Shown here: in pieces, positions 54,885 through 64,000 of the stretch
Layout: each line of letters begins with the position of its first letter
Position numbering within the stretch: the first letter of the stretch is position 1
Assembly: GCA_934096735.1 (NCBI GenBank)
Contig: CAKOMS010000002.1
Location: forward strand, 19,073-83,072
Direction of reading: 5' to 3'
DNA from: an uncultured Bacilli bacterium
Lineage (GTDB): Bacteria > Bacillota_I > Bacilli_A > RF39 > UBA660
DNA length: 64,000 nt
The notes under the pieces: generated by a model
The model's input: only the letters and a program-made list of their open reading frames with translations
The model's database searches: none
Told to the model about the DNA's origin: nothing
Program-made: the position numbers and the translations under genes

Positions 54885-56018
54885 ATGAAAAAATATTGTG
54901 TTGTAATTATGTCTGTTTTAGCAATTTTATTACTAACTTATTTTGCTTTACAAAGTAATGATAGTAATAAAATGTTTATGCAAGATGGAATACTTTTTGC
55001 TATGACAAAAGATGGAGAAGATATAACATCCTTTCCAACAGATGGTAAATATAAAGTTAGTATTGATTGTAAAAATGGTAAAGGTAATTATTTATATTTT
55101 GAAGATGAAAATAAATGGAAATTTACTGTAGAAAATATTACTGGAAAAGTAAGTTGTAATGTTGACTTTACAACTGTAAGTAATAGTGATTTATTAGGTG
55201 TAGTAGCATCCACAGTAGGAACCTCAGGAACAGGAAGTATAGTTAATGAGGGGGATGCTGGATTTAGATATGAAGGACAAGATCCAAATAATTATATTTG
55301 GTTTAATAATGAGTTGTGGAGAATAATTGGAGTTATACCAACAAAAGTAGATTCAAGTGGTACAACAGAGAATTTAGTAAAAATAATAAGAAATGAATCA
55401 ATTGGAGGACTAGCATATGATGCAAAGTCATCGTCATCTGGATCTACAGGAGCATGGGGAAGTAATACTTTGTATAGTTTGTTAAATGAATATTACTATG
55501 GTAAAAAAGATGGAACAAATACAACAGGATGTTATGGAAATCGAGCAACTGCCAAAGCAAAATGTGATTATACAGAAATAGGAATAAATGGAGCAGATTA
55601 TTATGGCAGTATGATAAAAAAAGTATATTGGAATACAGGAGCAAGTGATAATGGTGCAACAGCAAGTACTGTATATGGAACAGAAAAGGCTACTCAAACA
55701 ATATACAATTATGTAGGACTCATGAGTGCAAGTGATTATGGATATGCTACAAGTGCATCGCATAGTACAGATTTAGATTCTTATAATAATGAGATACACA
55801 CATTAAACAATTGGTTATATGGACAAGGATATGAATGGACAAATATTCAGAATTCTGACTATGCTTATCAAACACTTTATGTATTTTATCTGGGTGATGT
55901 GACTGGCACTATTGCGAGCTATGGCTCTGCAGTTCGTCCAGCAGTGTATCTAAATTCTAATATCTATGCATCATCTGGAGATGGATCACAATTAAATCCT
56001 TATATACTTATATATTAG
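54885..56018 (+). CDS. Surface protein, family member E (ordinary signal anchor, C-domain paralogous to D)
   Basis: ASTVGTSGTGSIVNEGDAGFRYEGQDPNNYIWFNNELWRIIGVIPTKVDSSGTTENLVKIIRN is nearly identical to D. It ends VRPAVYLNSNIYASSGDGSQLNPYILIY. Confidence 0.85.
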   Translation: MKKYCVVIMSVLAILLLTYFALQSNDSNKMFMQDGILFAMTKDGEDITSFPTDGKYKVSIDCKNGKGNYLYFEDENKWKFTVENITGKVSCNVDFTTVSNSDLLGVVASTVGTSGTGSIVNEGDAGFRYEGQDPNNYIWFNNELWRIIGVIPTKVDSSGTTENLVKIIRNESIGGLAYDAKSSSSGSTGAWGSNTLYSLLNEYYYGKKDGTNTTGCYGNRATAKAKCDYTEIGINGADYYGSMIKKVYWNTGASDNGATASTVYGTEKATQTIYNYVGLMSASDYGYATSASHSTDLDSYNNEIHTLNNWLYGQGYEWTNIQNSDYAYQTLYVFYLGDVTGTIASYGSAVRPAVYLNSNIYASSGDGSQLNPYILIY

Positions 56019-56198
56019 TTAAATAAACTTTTTAATCGTCAACGAAGACGTTAAAATAGACGAGTTCTCCCGAACTACTACAAAGGTACTCTATAATTTT
56101 TAGGGTACTTTTTATATTTCAAAAACTTTAAAAATCATGCAAACTTTACAAAAGCTCAAAAATTATTTATAATACATAACCGAAAGGAAGTATTTATA

Positions 56199-57131
56199 AT
56201 GCAAAAACTATACCTAAATCCAGTAAGTGATTGTATAGACAAATTAAATAGCACTGCTGAAAATCGTGTGTTTTTGTATGGACTTCCCGGTAGTGGCAAA
56301 ACAGTAGTACTAAATGAATTTGAAAAAGACTTACATAGTAAAAACATTCCAGCCTTAAATGCTACTAAAACATTTGATGAATTAAATATTATTGAAAACA
56401 AAAGATTATTTAAGCTATACGAAATATGTTTACTTATAAAAAAAATACAAGCCTATATCGTAAATGTTTATGGAGACTATGTTAATGAAGAACTAATATT
56501 TTTCTTAAAAAGAATTGATAATTATTTAAGACAAATATCCTATATATATTATGTTAAAGATTTTAAAAACTTAGATAGTATTTTCCCAAGTGCCATATTA
56601 AATAATCCAGAAACTCTTTTAGAATATTATTTATCTCACTTAGATAGTAGATTTGGCATTAAAGATATTATAATAATACTTGATTCATTTGATAAAGGTA
56701 CAAGTAAAACTTACCAAGAAATATATTATGAAGTAATTAGCACTTATTTAAAAACTATAATGAGTATAAGCGATGAAAATTATGAAGATAAAGTAGGAGA
56801 AAAAACTGACATTGTAAAAGTAAATTATAATGAAAATGTTGATGTAATGTTTGAAATAATTGATAGATTTATAATAACTAATAATTTACATAAAGGAGAT
56901 TTTTCAAAAAGAATTAGATTTTTACTTGATTCAAAAGATATGGATTTATTAATCGAAAAAACAAATGGCAACTTATTTGATATATTAAGAGCAGTAAGAT
57001 TTGTTTATACAAAAACATCAATAATAAGTCCATCATTCTTTAAAAATGTACTATTTACTTACATCGATGAAGAAATTAACAAACCCCAAGTAATAACGGG
57101 AATGGTTGTACCCAAAAGGAAATTACTTTAA
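56199..57131 (+). CDS. P-loop NTPase of unknown function
   Basis: Walker A GLPGSGKT and Walker B-like IIIILDSFD. Confidence 0.55.
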   Translation: MQKLYLNPVSDCIDKLNSTAENRVFLYGLPGSGKTVVLNEFEKDLHSKNIPALNATKTFDELNIIENKRLFKLYEICLLIKKIQAYIVNVYGDYVNEELIFFLKRIDNYLRQISYIYYVKDFKNLDSIFPSAILNNPETLLEYYLSHLDSRFGIKDIIIILDSFDKGTSKTYQEIYYEVISTYLKTIMSISDENYEDKVGEKTDIVKVNYNENVDVMFEIIDRFIITNNLHKGDFSKRIRFLLDSKDMDLLIEKTNGNLFDILRAVRFVYTKTSIISPSFFKNVLFTYIDEEINKPQVITGMVVPKRKLL

Positions 57132-57211
57132 TTTCCAAATACTTACAAGCCACTTATATTGAAAAATGAGTAAAGATTTGATAAAATTAATGTGTTATGA
57201 GGTAATTTAAT

Positions 57212-57457
57212 ATGACAGACAAAACAAGTATTTTTAATGTAGCAGCATTAAAACAAGAACTTATTTTAATTACTTTAAATGAAGTAATTGAATCATTAAA
57301 AAAGAAAGGTTATAATGCTGAAAATCAATTAGTAGGATATCTTCTTACTGGGGATGCAACTTACATTTCCAATTACGAATCTGCAAGAAGTAAAATTGAG
57401 AATTTAAAAAGAGAAGAAATTTTACTAGCTCTTATAAATAGTTATGAAGGTAAATAA
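57212..57457 (+). CDS. IreB-family regulatory phosphoprotein (UPF0297)
   Basis: VIESLKKKGYNAENQLVGYLLTGDATYISNYESARSKI. Confidence 0.8.
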   Translation: MTDKTSIFNVAALKQELILITLNEVIESLKKKGYNAENQLVGYLLTGDATYISNYESARSKIENLKREEILLALINSYEGK

Positions 57458-57458
57458 T

Positions 57459-57875
57459 ATGAGATATTTAGGACTAGATTTAGGTACTAAAACTCTTGGA
57501 ATTAGTGTAACTGATAAAACAAATACTCTAGTAACTCCTTTAGATGTACTTAAATTTAATAGTGAAGACTATGAAAGTACTTTGCCTAAAATAAAAGAGT
57601 TAACAGAAAAGTACAATATTAAGTTGATTGTGCTAGGTTATCCTAAAAATATGGATGGTTCAGTAGGATTTGCAGGAAAAAGAAGTGAATCTTACAAAGA
57701 ATTATTAGAAAAAGAAGGCTATAATGTGGTACTTGTTGATGAAAGACTTACAACAAAAACTGCGATTGATTTAATACATTTAAATAATGATAATGTAAAA
57801 AATACTAAAAATAAAATAGATTCAATAGCGGCCTCTATAATATTAGAAAGTTATCTGAAAGGTTTAGAAAAATGA
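57459..57875 (+). CDS. ruvX: Holliday-junction-resolvase-like RuvX/YqgF
   Basis: RYLGLDLGTKTLGISVTD..GYPKNMDGS..DERLTT. Confidence 0.85.
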   Translation: MRYLGLDLGTKTLGISVTDKTNTLVTPLDVLKFNSEDYESTLPKIKELTEKYNIKLIVLGYPKNMDGSVGFAGKRSESYKELLEKEGYNVVLVDERLTTKTAIDLIHLNNDNVKNTKNKIDSIAASIILESYLKGLEK

Positions 57876-58078
57876 ATTTACAAAACAAAAAAAATAAAAA
57901 GATTAGAGAATTCAACGTTATTATGAGTGTTATAAGACATGATAAAGAATACATAGTATACGAAGATGAAACTAAAAGTTGTTTATATGCTGGTGTTAAA
58001 GTAGATAATTCATTAATGCCACTTGAAGATGAAGAATATAAAGCAATAATAAATTTAATAGAAGAAATGGATTTGTAG
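57872..58078 (+). CDS. DUF1292 (UPF0473) protein
   Basis: Small acidic protein (YIVYEDETK...LMPLEDEEYKAIINLIEE) in the conserved ruvX-mltG position. Confidence 0.65.
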   Translation: MNLQNKKNKKIREFNVIMSVIRHDKEYIVYEDETKSCLYAGVKVDNSLMPLEDEEYKAIINLIEEMDL

Positions 58079-58087
58079 TGTGATAAT

Positions 58088-59119
58088 ATGAAAAAGAAAA
58101 TAATAATTATAATTGTTAGTTTAATTACTTTAGTACTAATTTTAGTAGGAGCTTATTTTTACGGACTTACTAGTGTAAAAAAAGAAAGTGACTCAGTAAC
58201 ATTTAATATAACTAAAGGAGAAAGTGCAAGAACAATAATAAATAATTTATATGATGTAAAAATAATTAGAAGTAAAATTTCTAGTTTAATCTATTTGAAA
58301 TTAAATAAAAACTTATCTTTTAAACCAGGTGAGTATACTCTAGATAGAAGTAAAGATACAAAAAGTATATTTGATACTTTAAATTATGGTACTACCGAAG
58401 ACACTATAAGAGTTACATTTATTGAAGGAAAAAGAATACCTGATTATATAGATACTATTAGTAAAAACTTTGGCTACACTAAAGAAGAAATACTAAAAGT
58501 ATGGAATAATGAAGAATATTTAAATAAACTTATTAAAGAGTATGATTTTATAAGTAAAGATATTTTAAATAGTGATATATATTATCCACTTGAAGGTTAT
58601 TTGTATCCTGCAACATATGAGTATTTTAAAACAGCTAGTATTGAAGATATTACAAAAAAAATGCTTGATAAAATGGCTTCAGTGATAGATAATTATAGTG
58701 ATGCTATTAAAAAAAGTGGTTATAGTACTCATCAAATACTAACAATGGCAAGTATAATAGAAAATGAAACTAAATTTGATGAAGATAGAAAAAAGGTAAG
58801 TCAAGTAATATATAAAAGACTTAATACTAATACTAGTTTAGGTATGGATGTAACAACATATTATGCAGAGCAAAAATCATTTAAAGAAAGTTTAACGAAA
58901 GAAGATCTTAATAAATATAATGCATATAATACAAGAAATACAAAATTCCTAGGACTTCCAGTAGGACCAATATCAAATCCTAGAAAAGAATGTATAGAAG
59001 CAGCATTATCACCAAGTTCAACTGATTATTTTTACTTCTATGCAGATATTAAAACTGGTAAATTATATTTTGCTAAAACTGAAAGTGAATTTAAAGAATT
59101 AATTAGAATCTATGGTTAG
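58088..59119 (+). CDS. mltG: Endolytic murein transglycosylase MltG (YceG-like)
   Basis: N-terminal TM, ASIIENE, and YNTRNTKFLGLPVGPISNP. Confidence 0.85.
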   Translation: MKKKIIIIIVSLITLVLILVGAYFYGLTSVKKESDSVTFNITKGESARTIINNLYDVKIIRSKISSLIYLKLNKNLSFKPGEYTLDRSKDTKSIFDTLNYGTTEDTIRVTFIEGKRIPDYIDTISKNFGYTKEEILKVWNNEEYLNKLIKEYDFISKDILNSDIYYPLEGYLYPATYEYFKTASIEDITKKMLDKMASVIDNYSDAIKKSGYSTHQILTMASIIENETKFDEDRKKVSQVIYKRLNTNTSLGMDVTTYYAEQKSFKESLTKEDLNKYNAYNTRNTKFLGLPVGPISNPRKECIEAALSPSSTDYFYFYADIKTGKLYFAKTESEFKELIRIYG

Positions 59120-59131
59120 GAGAGATTAAAA

Positions 59132-59728
59132 ATGAAAGAATTAATTGGAGAGATGGAGGAATACGCCTCCCTTAAGAATGTTCCAATAATAGAAAAAAAA
59201 TCAATAGCATTTATTATGAAATATATAAAAGATCATAATGTAAAAAGTGTTTTAGAAATAGGATCTGCAATTGGTTATTCTGCAATACTTATGGCGAGTG
59301 CTAAGGAAGACACTATTGTAACTACTATTGAAAGAGACGAAGAAAGGTATATGGAATGTCTAAAAAATGTTAAAAAATGTGGCTTAGATAAAAAAATTAA
59401 TGTCGTATTTCAAGATGCATTAGAAGTTAATTTAAATGAAGATGTAAAATATGATTTAATTTTTATTGATGCTGCAAAAGGACAATATACAAGATTTTTT
59501 GAAAAGTATAAATATTTTTTGAAACCTAATGGAACTATTATTACAGATAATTTAAAATTTCATGGATATGTTGGTAAAAGTTCTAAAATAGAAAGTAAAA
59601 ATTTAAAAGGCTTAGTAGAAAAAATAGAGGGTTATATTGAATTTTTAAAAGAAAATCCAGAATTTAATACTGAATTTTATGACATTGGAGATGGACTTTC
59701 TGTTAGTACATGGAAAAATGAAGGATAA
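59132..59728 (+). CDS. SAM-dependent O-methyltransferase (YrrM/TrmR-like)
   Basis: VLEIGSAIGYSAILMA and DLIFIDAAKGQY. It sits upstream of the two U32 genes. Confidence 0.75.
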   Translation: MKELIGEMEEYASLKNVPIIEKKSIAFIMKYIKDHNVKSVLEIGSAIGYSAILMASAKEDTIVTTIERDEERYMECLKNVKKCGLDKKINVVFQDALEVNLNEDVKYDLIFIDAAKGQYTRFFEKYKYFLKPNGTIITDNLKFHGYVGKSSKIESKNLKGLVEKIEGYIEFLKENPEFNTEFYDIGDGLSVSTWKNEG

Positions 59729-60500
59729 AATAATTGTAACAATTAATAAATTAGAAGATACTATAAAGTTAAAAGAATTAGGTATAAGTAAATTTGCTTT
59801 TCCACTAAAAGATTTTACTGTTGGAATGCCTAATACTTTTTTAGTTTCAGAAATAAATACAAAGGGATATTTATTTATAAATAGAATACTTGATAATAAT
59901 GGTATTATTGAACTTAAGAAAATATTAAATAATTTAAGTGATAATATTATAGGTATTATTTTTGATGACTTAGGTATTATTGAATTAACAAAAGATTTAA
60001 AGTTAGAAAAAATATTATACCTATCACATTTTAATACCAACTATGAATCTAGTAAAATATATCTAGAATATGTTGACTCAGTAATATTATCGACAGATAT
60101 TACTAAAGAAGAAACAGAATATATAGTAAATAAACTACCAAATAAAGTAACTTTATTTGTATACGGTTTAGTAGGAGTAATGTATTCAAGAAGAAAATTA
60201 ATAGATAACTATAGTAAATACTATAACATACCTAAAATTAATCCTTTATTAATAGAAAACACTAATCATGAATTTTTATTATATGAAAATGAATATGGTA
60301 CATATTTTTATCATGATAAAATATTTAATGGTAAAAAATTATTAGATTTAAATGCTTTATATTTCTTTATAAATTCTGCATTTATTACTCCATCATTCAT
60401 AGAAAGATTTTTAAGTAGTGATAATGTATCTGAAGATGAAGATGAAGGATTTTTATATACAGAAACAATTTATAAGTTAAAGGGGGATTTAGATGACTGA
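59718..60500 (+). CDS. Peptidase U32-family protein (YrrN-like)
   Basis: The call rests on position, size and a partner U32 gene downstream. The start is set to ATG 59718. Confidence 0.55.
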   Translation: MKDKIIVTINKLEDTIKLKELGISKFAFPLKDFTVGMPNTFLVSEINTKGYLFINRILDNNGIIELKKILNNLSDNIIGIIFDDLGIIELTKDLKLEKILYLSHFNTNYESSKIYLEYVDSVILSTDITKEETEYIVNKLPNKVTLFVYGLVGVMYSRRKLIDNYSKYYNIPKINPLLIENTNHEFLLYENEYGTYFYHDKIFNGKKLLDLNALYFFINSAFITPSFIERFLSSDNVSEDEDEGFLYTETIYKLKGDLDD

Positions 60501-61662
60501 GTTACTAGCTCCTGCTGGAGATTTAGATAGATTAAAACTGGCTCTTTTATATGGAGCAGATGCTGTTTATGTCGGAGGCAAAGATTATAGCTTAAGAGCA
60601 AATGCTAAAAATTTTAGTATTCCTGAATTAAAAGAAGCAGTAGAGTTTGCTCACAATTTAAATAAAAGAATCTACACAACAGTAAATATTGTATTTCATG
60701 ATAATAATTTAATTGGATTAGATGATTATTTAAAAGAGTTAAAGAAAATAAATGTTGATGCTGTAATATCATCTGATATAGTAGCAATAAGAAAAGCAAA
60801 AAAATATGGGCTTGATATCATACTTTCTACTCAAGCAAGTACTTTAAATTATGAAGCTATTAATTTTTGGAAAAACGAAGGTGTAACTAGAATAGTTTTA
60901 GGTAGAGAAGCTACTAGAGAAGATATTATAAAAATAAAAAAAGAAACTAATGTTGAAGTAGAATGTTTCATACATGGTGCAATGTGTACATCAATAAGTG
61001 GTAAATGTGTATTATCAAACTACTGTACTAATAGAGATTCTAATCGTGGGGGATGTGCTCAAATATGTAGATGGGTATTTAATACAGAAAATAAAGAATT
61101 ACCAGAATTTTCATTTATGAGTAAAGATTTAAATATGAGTAGTTTTTTAAAAGATATGATAGAAAATAATATTGATTCATTTAAAGTAGAAGGAAGAATG
61201 CGTTCAGTATATTATATTGGTACTGTAATAATGTGTTATAGAAAAATGATAGATAAAATACTTAATAATACATTTACAGATAAAGATGAAAAGTATTATA
61301 CTAAAGTATTAAATAGAGTAGCAAATAGAGAAACTGTACCACAATTTTATAATAAATTTCCAACCTATGAAGAAAGTTATTTTGGCGATAGAGTTGAAGT
61401 ATCAAATCAAGACTTTTTAGGTTTTGTTCTAGATTATAATAAAGTAGATGGTATTGTAACTTTAGAAGAAAGAAATTATTTTAAAGTAGGAGATGTAGTA
61501 GAATTTATTGGCCCAAACATTGACACACTAGAATACAAAATTGAAGAAATTATTGATGAAGATGGTAATAATATTGAAGTAGCAAGACATCCAAAAATGA
61601 TTGTTAAATTAAAAGTACCATTTAAATTACCAAAATATGCAATGATGAGAGTAAAAATATAA
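60493..61662 (+). CDS. Peptidase U32-family protein (YrrO/TrhP-like)
   Basis: ELLAPAGDLDRLKLALLYGADAVYVGG, a Cys cluster (CTSISGKCVLSNYCTNRDSNRGGCAQICR) and FKVEGRMRS. Confidence 0.85.
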   Translation: MTELLAPAGDLDRLKLALLYGADAVYVGGKDYSLRANAKNFSIPELKEAVEFAHNLNKRIYTTVNIVFHDNNLIGLDDYLKELKKINVDAVISSDIVAIRKAKKYGLDIILSTQASTLNYEAINFWKNEGVTRIVLGREATREDIIKIKKETNVEVECFIHGAMCTSISGKCVLSNYCTNRDSNRGGCAQICRWVFNTENKELPEFSFMSKDLNMSSFLKDMIENNIDSFKVEGRMRSVYYIGTVIMCYRKMIDKILNNTFTDKDEKYYTKVLNRVANRETVPQFYNKFPTYEESYFGDRVEVSNQDFLGFVLDYNKVDGIVTLEERNYFKVGDVVEFIGPNIDTLEYKIEEIIDEDGNNIEVARHPKMIVKLKVPFKLPKYAMMRVKI

Positions 61663-61725
61663 TGAAGTAAGATTGTAAAATGTGATAGTATGTGCTATCA
61701 TATTTTTTGCCTTAGGGGGTATATC

Positions 61726-62565
61726 ATGTCAAAAAGTGGTTTTACAGATGATAAAATAATTGAACTCGAAAGAAAAAGAATTATTTTAAATTTAGAAAGT
61801 CAAATGAAAAAATATCAAAGAATGATTAATCATACAGAATCTTATAATGCAAAATTATTTTTAATAAAAAATTTGAAAACACATTTAGCATTTTTAAAAG
61901 TAATTTTACCATACTTAGTAACTGCATCAGTAACTTTTAAAATATTTTCATGTATTGGTATGACACCTTTTGTATATGATGATAAGAAAGAAAATTTAAA
62001 AATACGAAAAGAATTTGATAACAAAGGTAATGAAAAACAAGTACTTCAATATACAAATTTTGAAAGTACTTTAAGTACTGTTTCTTTTTATGGAAAATGG
62101 GACTTGAATGAAGATGGATTATATGAAAGATTAGTTAGTGTTTATCAGATGCCTAAAATAGATGAAGAAACAATTAAAAATATTATAAAATCAGGTGATG
62201 CAACATCATTAGATGATTTATTTAAAGAAAAAATTTCAGAAAGAAGAGAAGTAAAAAATAACATTAATTATAAAGAATTAGAAAGTGATGGATATTTTGA
62301 AGCAGTTATATATGATGTAGATAATAATGATTGCATAATAGTTAAACAAGATTTTAATAGTGATTTAATAGATATCATAATATGGCTTTTAGATAATTGT
62401 TTTTTGGGATACCTTATTAATAAACTTAGAAAAAAAATAAGTGATTATTCATTTGAAGAAGCCCTAGTAGAAATTGAAAAAGATTATCAAAAAATAGATA
62501 AAGATGAATTAGTAAGAAGACTTAAAATTACAAAAGATAATTTAAGTAGATTAAAGGAAAATTAA
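61726..62565 (+). CDS. Hypothetical membrane protein
   Basis: AGGGGG precedes ATG 61726. It has hydrophobic segments at about residues 55-80 and 215-235. It ends 2 nt before the amidoligase gene. Confidence 0.5.
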   Translation: MSKSGFTDDKIIELERKRIILNLESQMKKYQRMINHTESYNAKLFLIKNLKTHLAFLKVILPYLVTASVTFKIFSCIGMTPFVYDDKKENLKIRKEFDNKGNEKQVLQYTNFESTLSTVSFYGKWDLNEDGLYERLVSVYQMPKIDEETIKNIIKSGDATSLDDLFKEKISERREVKNNINYKELESDGYFEAVIYDVDNNDCIIVKQDFNSDLIDIIIWLLDNCFLGYLINKLRKKISDYSFEEALVEIEKDYQKIDKDELVRRLKITKDNLSRLKEN

Positions 62566-62567
62566 AG

Positions 62568-63608
62568 ATGGAAAAATACAAATATGATTTAGAAAATGAT
62601 GAATTAATATTTAAATTTATTAGTCCAAGCAGTAATGATAGGCTATCTAAAATAAAAGGTAGTGACCTACTTACATTAATAGCACTAATTAATAAATACT
62701 ATTTGAAATTAAGAAGTAGAATTAATTTGCCAGAAGATATAACATTTGGTTTAGAAATAGAATATGAATATGCAAAAGGAGAGTTAATAAGTAAAGCACT
62801 AGATGAATTAGAAATTAGTGAAAAAATTTCGCTAAATTGGACTGGAACAAGTGATAGTTCTCTAACTCATGGAGGAGAATTAGATTCACCAATATTTACA
62901 GATACAGAAAAAACTTGGATAGAATTAGATAATCTTTGTAAAATGCTTGAAGAGTATGCAACTATATCTGTAAACAGTGGGGGACACATTCACATAGGAG
63001 CACATATTTTAGAAGGTAAAGAAAAATACTGGCTTAATTTTTTAAAACTATGGGAAGTATATGAAAATATTATTTATAGATTTTGTTATGGCGAATTTAA
63101 AACAGGAAGACCATCAATAACTTCTTATGCAGAACCTTTAAGAAATAATTTATTAATTGATTATCCAGAACTTGTAGTAGATAAAGCAAATCTTAAAAGT
63201 ATTTTAAGTACAGTATCTTATAAAAGAGATCAAGGAATTAATTTTTATAAAGTAAGAAAATCTACGTATAGTAGTGATAATACAATTGAATTTAGATGTC
63301 CAAATGGCTCACTTAATGCCACTATTTGGCAAAATAATGTAAACTTTTTAGCAAGACTTTTATTATTTGCAAAATCTCCTTCTTTTGACGACGATACAAT
63401 AACTAAAAGATTACAAACTATAGAAAAAAAAGACTTTTCTCTAGAAGTATATAATGAAGTAGATCTAAATCCAGCTTTAGAAATATGTGATATGATTTTT
63501 TCAAATAACTTAGATAAAATATATTTTTTAAAGCAATATTTAAAGGCTTTTGAGATGCCTAAAAGAAGATCAGACTATACAAGAGTAAGAAGACTTACTA
63601 AAAATTAA
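62568..63608 (+). CDS. Amidoligase-family (glutamine-synthetase/GCS2-like fold) protein
   Basis: FGLEIEYEY, TSDSSLTHGGELDSP and NSGGHIHIG blocks, as in the putative amidoligase family. Confidence 0.55.
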   Translation: MEKYKYDLENDELIFKFISPSSNDRLSKIKGSDLLTLIALINKYYLKLRSRINLPEDITFGLEIEYEYAKGELISKALDELEISEKISLNWTGTSDSSLTHGGELDSPIFTDTEKTWIELDNLCKMLEEYATISVNSGGHIHIGAHILEGKEKYWLNFLKLWEVYENIIYRFCYGEFKTGRPSITSYAEPLRNNLLIDYPELVVDKANLKSILSTVSYKRDQGINFYKVRKSTYSSDNTIEFRCPNGSLNATIWQNNVNFLARLLLFAKSPSFDDDTITKRLQTIEKKDFSLEVYNEVDLNPALEICDMIFSNNLDKIYFLKQYLKAFEMPKRRSDYTRVRRLTKN

Positions 63609-63720
63609 TGTATCATTATTTGTACTATTACATATATTATAAAGACAAAATTATGATTGACAAAGAAATTGTTTTATAGTATTATTTTGTAAGTTGATTA
63701 AAAAGGAGGATTTTCAAATA

Positions 63721-64000
63721 TGAAAAAAGAAGATTTTTTTGAATTGACTGCAGAAGGTTATCTAGAATTAGAAACTGAATTAAATGAGTTAAAAAATGTA
63801 AAAAGACAAGAAGTAATAATTGCATTAAAAGAAGCTAGAGCTATGGGTGATTTATCTGAAAATGCTGATTATGATGCTGCAAGAAATGATCAAGCACAAA
63901 TAGAAGCAAGAATTAAAGAATTAGAATATAAATTAGAACATAGCAAAATAGTAGATACTAAGAAAAATAGTAATAAAGCAGCTATTGGTTCAATGATAAC
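63721..64000 (+). CDS. greA: Transcription elongation factor GreA (3' end beyond the window)
   Basis: LTAEGYLELETELNELKNVKRQEVIIALKEARAMGDLSENADYDAARNDQA. Confidence 0.9.

Overview
The window is very A+T-rich chromosomal DNA from an endospore-forming low-GC Bacillota. Gene order resembles Bacillus (gpsB-rnpB, rodZ-pgsA, dnaG-sigA-trmK, ruvX-mltG-trmR-U32-U32-greA), possibly an Erysipelotrichales-like lineage, but the taxon is not determinable here. Most of it is core genome: infC-rpmI-rplT, T-box-thrS, ftsA-ftsZ-spoIIGA-sigE, sigG, spoIVB, dnaG-sigA, 8 tRNAs and RNase P RNA. Four accessory themes stand out. (1) A multigene family of large surface-protein genes: my labels A 27410, B 29605, C 37484, D 53491, E 54885, plus two fragments. 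Three members share a conserved promoter/leader and carry a G9 homopolymer at the same early codon position, and one copy is frameshifted there. This looks like a phase-variable contingency family with mosaic gene-conversion tracts. It has split the normally contiguous sigE-sigG pair. It has also duplicated 244 bp that include the sigG promoter and first 14 codons, creating a chimeric ORF. (2) A dlt-like cassette of adenylating enzyme, carrier protein, MBOAT and DltD-like protein that also encodes a PLP-dependent decarboxylase. (3) Scattered type IV pilus/competence-type machinery (PilB-like, PilC-like, prepilin peptidase) with no canonical pilin gene, next to a degenerate orphan RnfC/RnfD-like pair. 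(4) Small insertions: a MutH/BcnI/MvaI-like nuclease between tRNA clusters, an amidoligase pair before greA, and a degenerate Fic plus kinase-like pair. All calls come from reading the sequence and ORF translations by eye. No searches were run.
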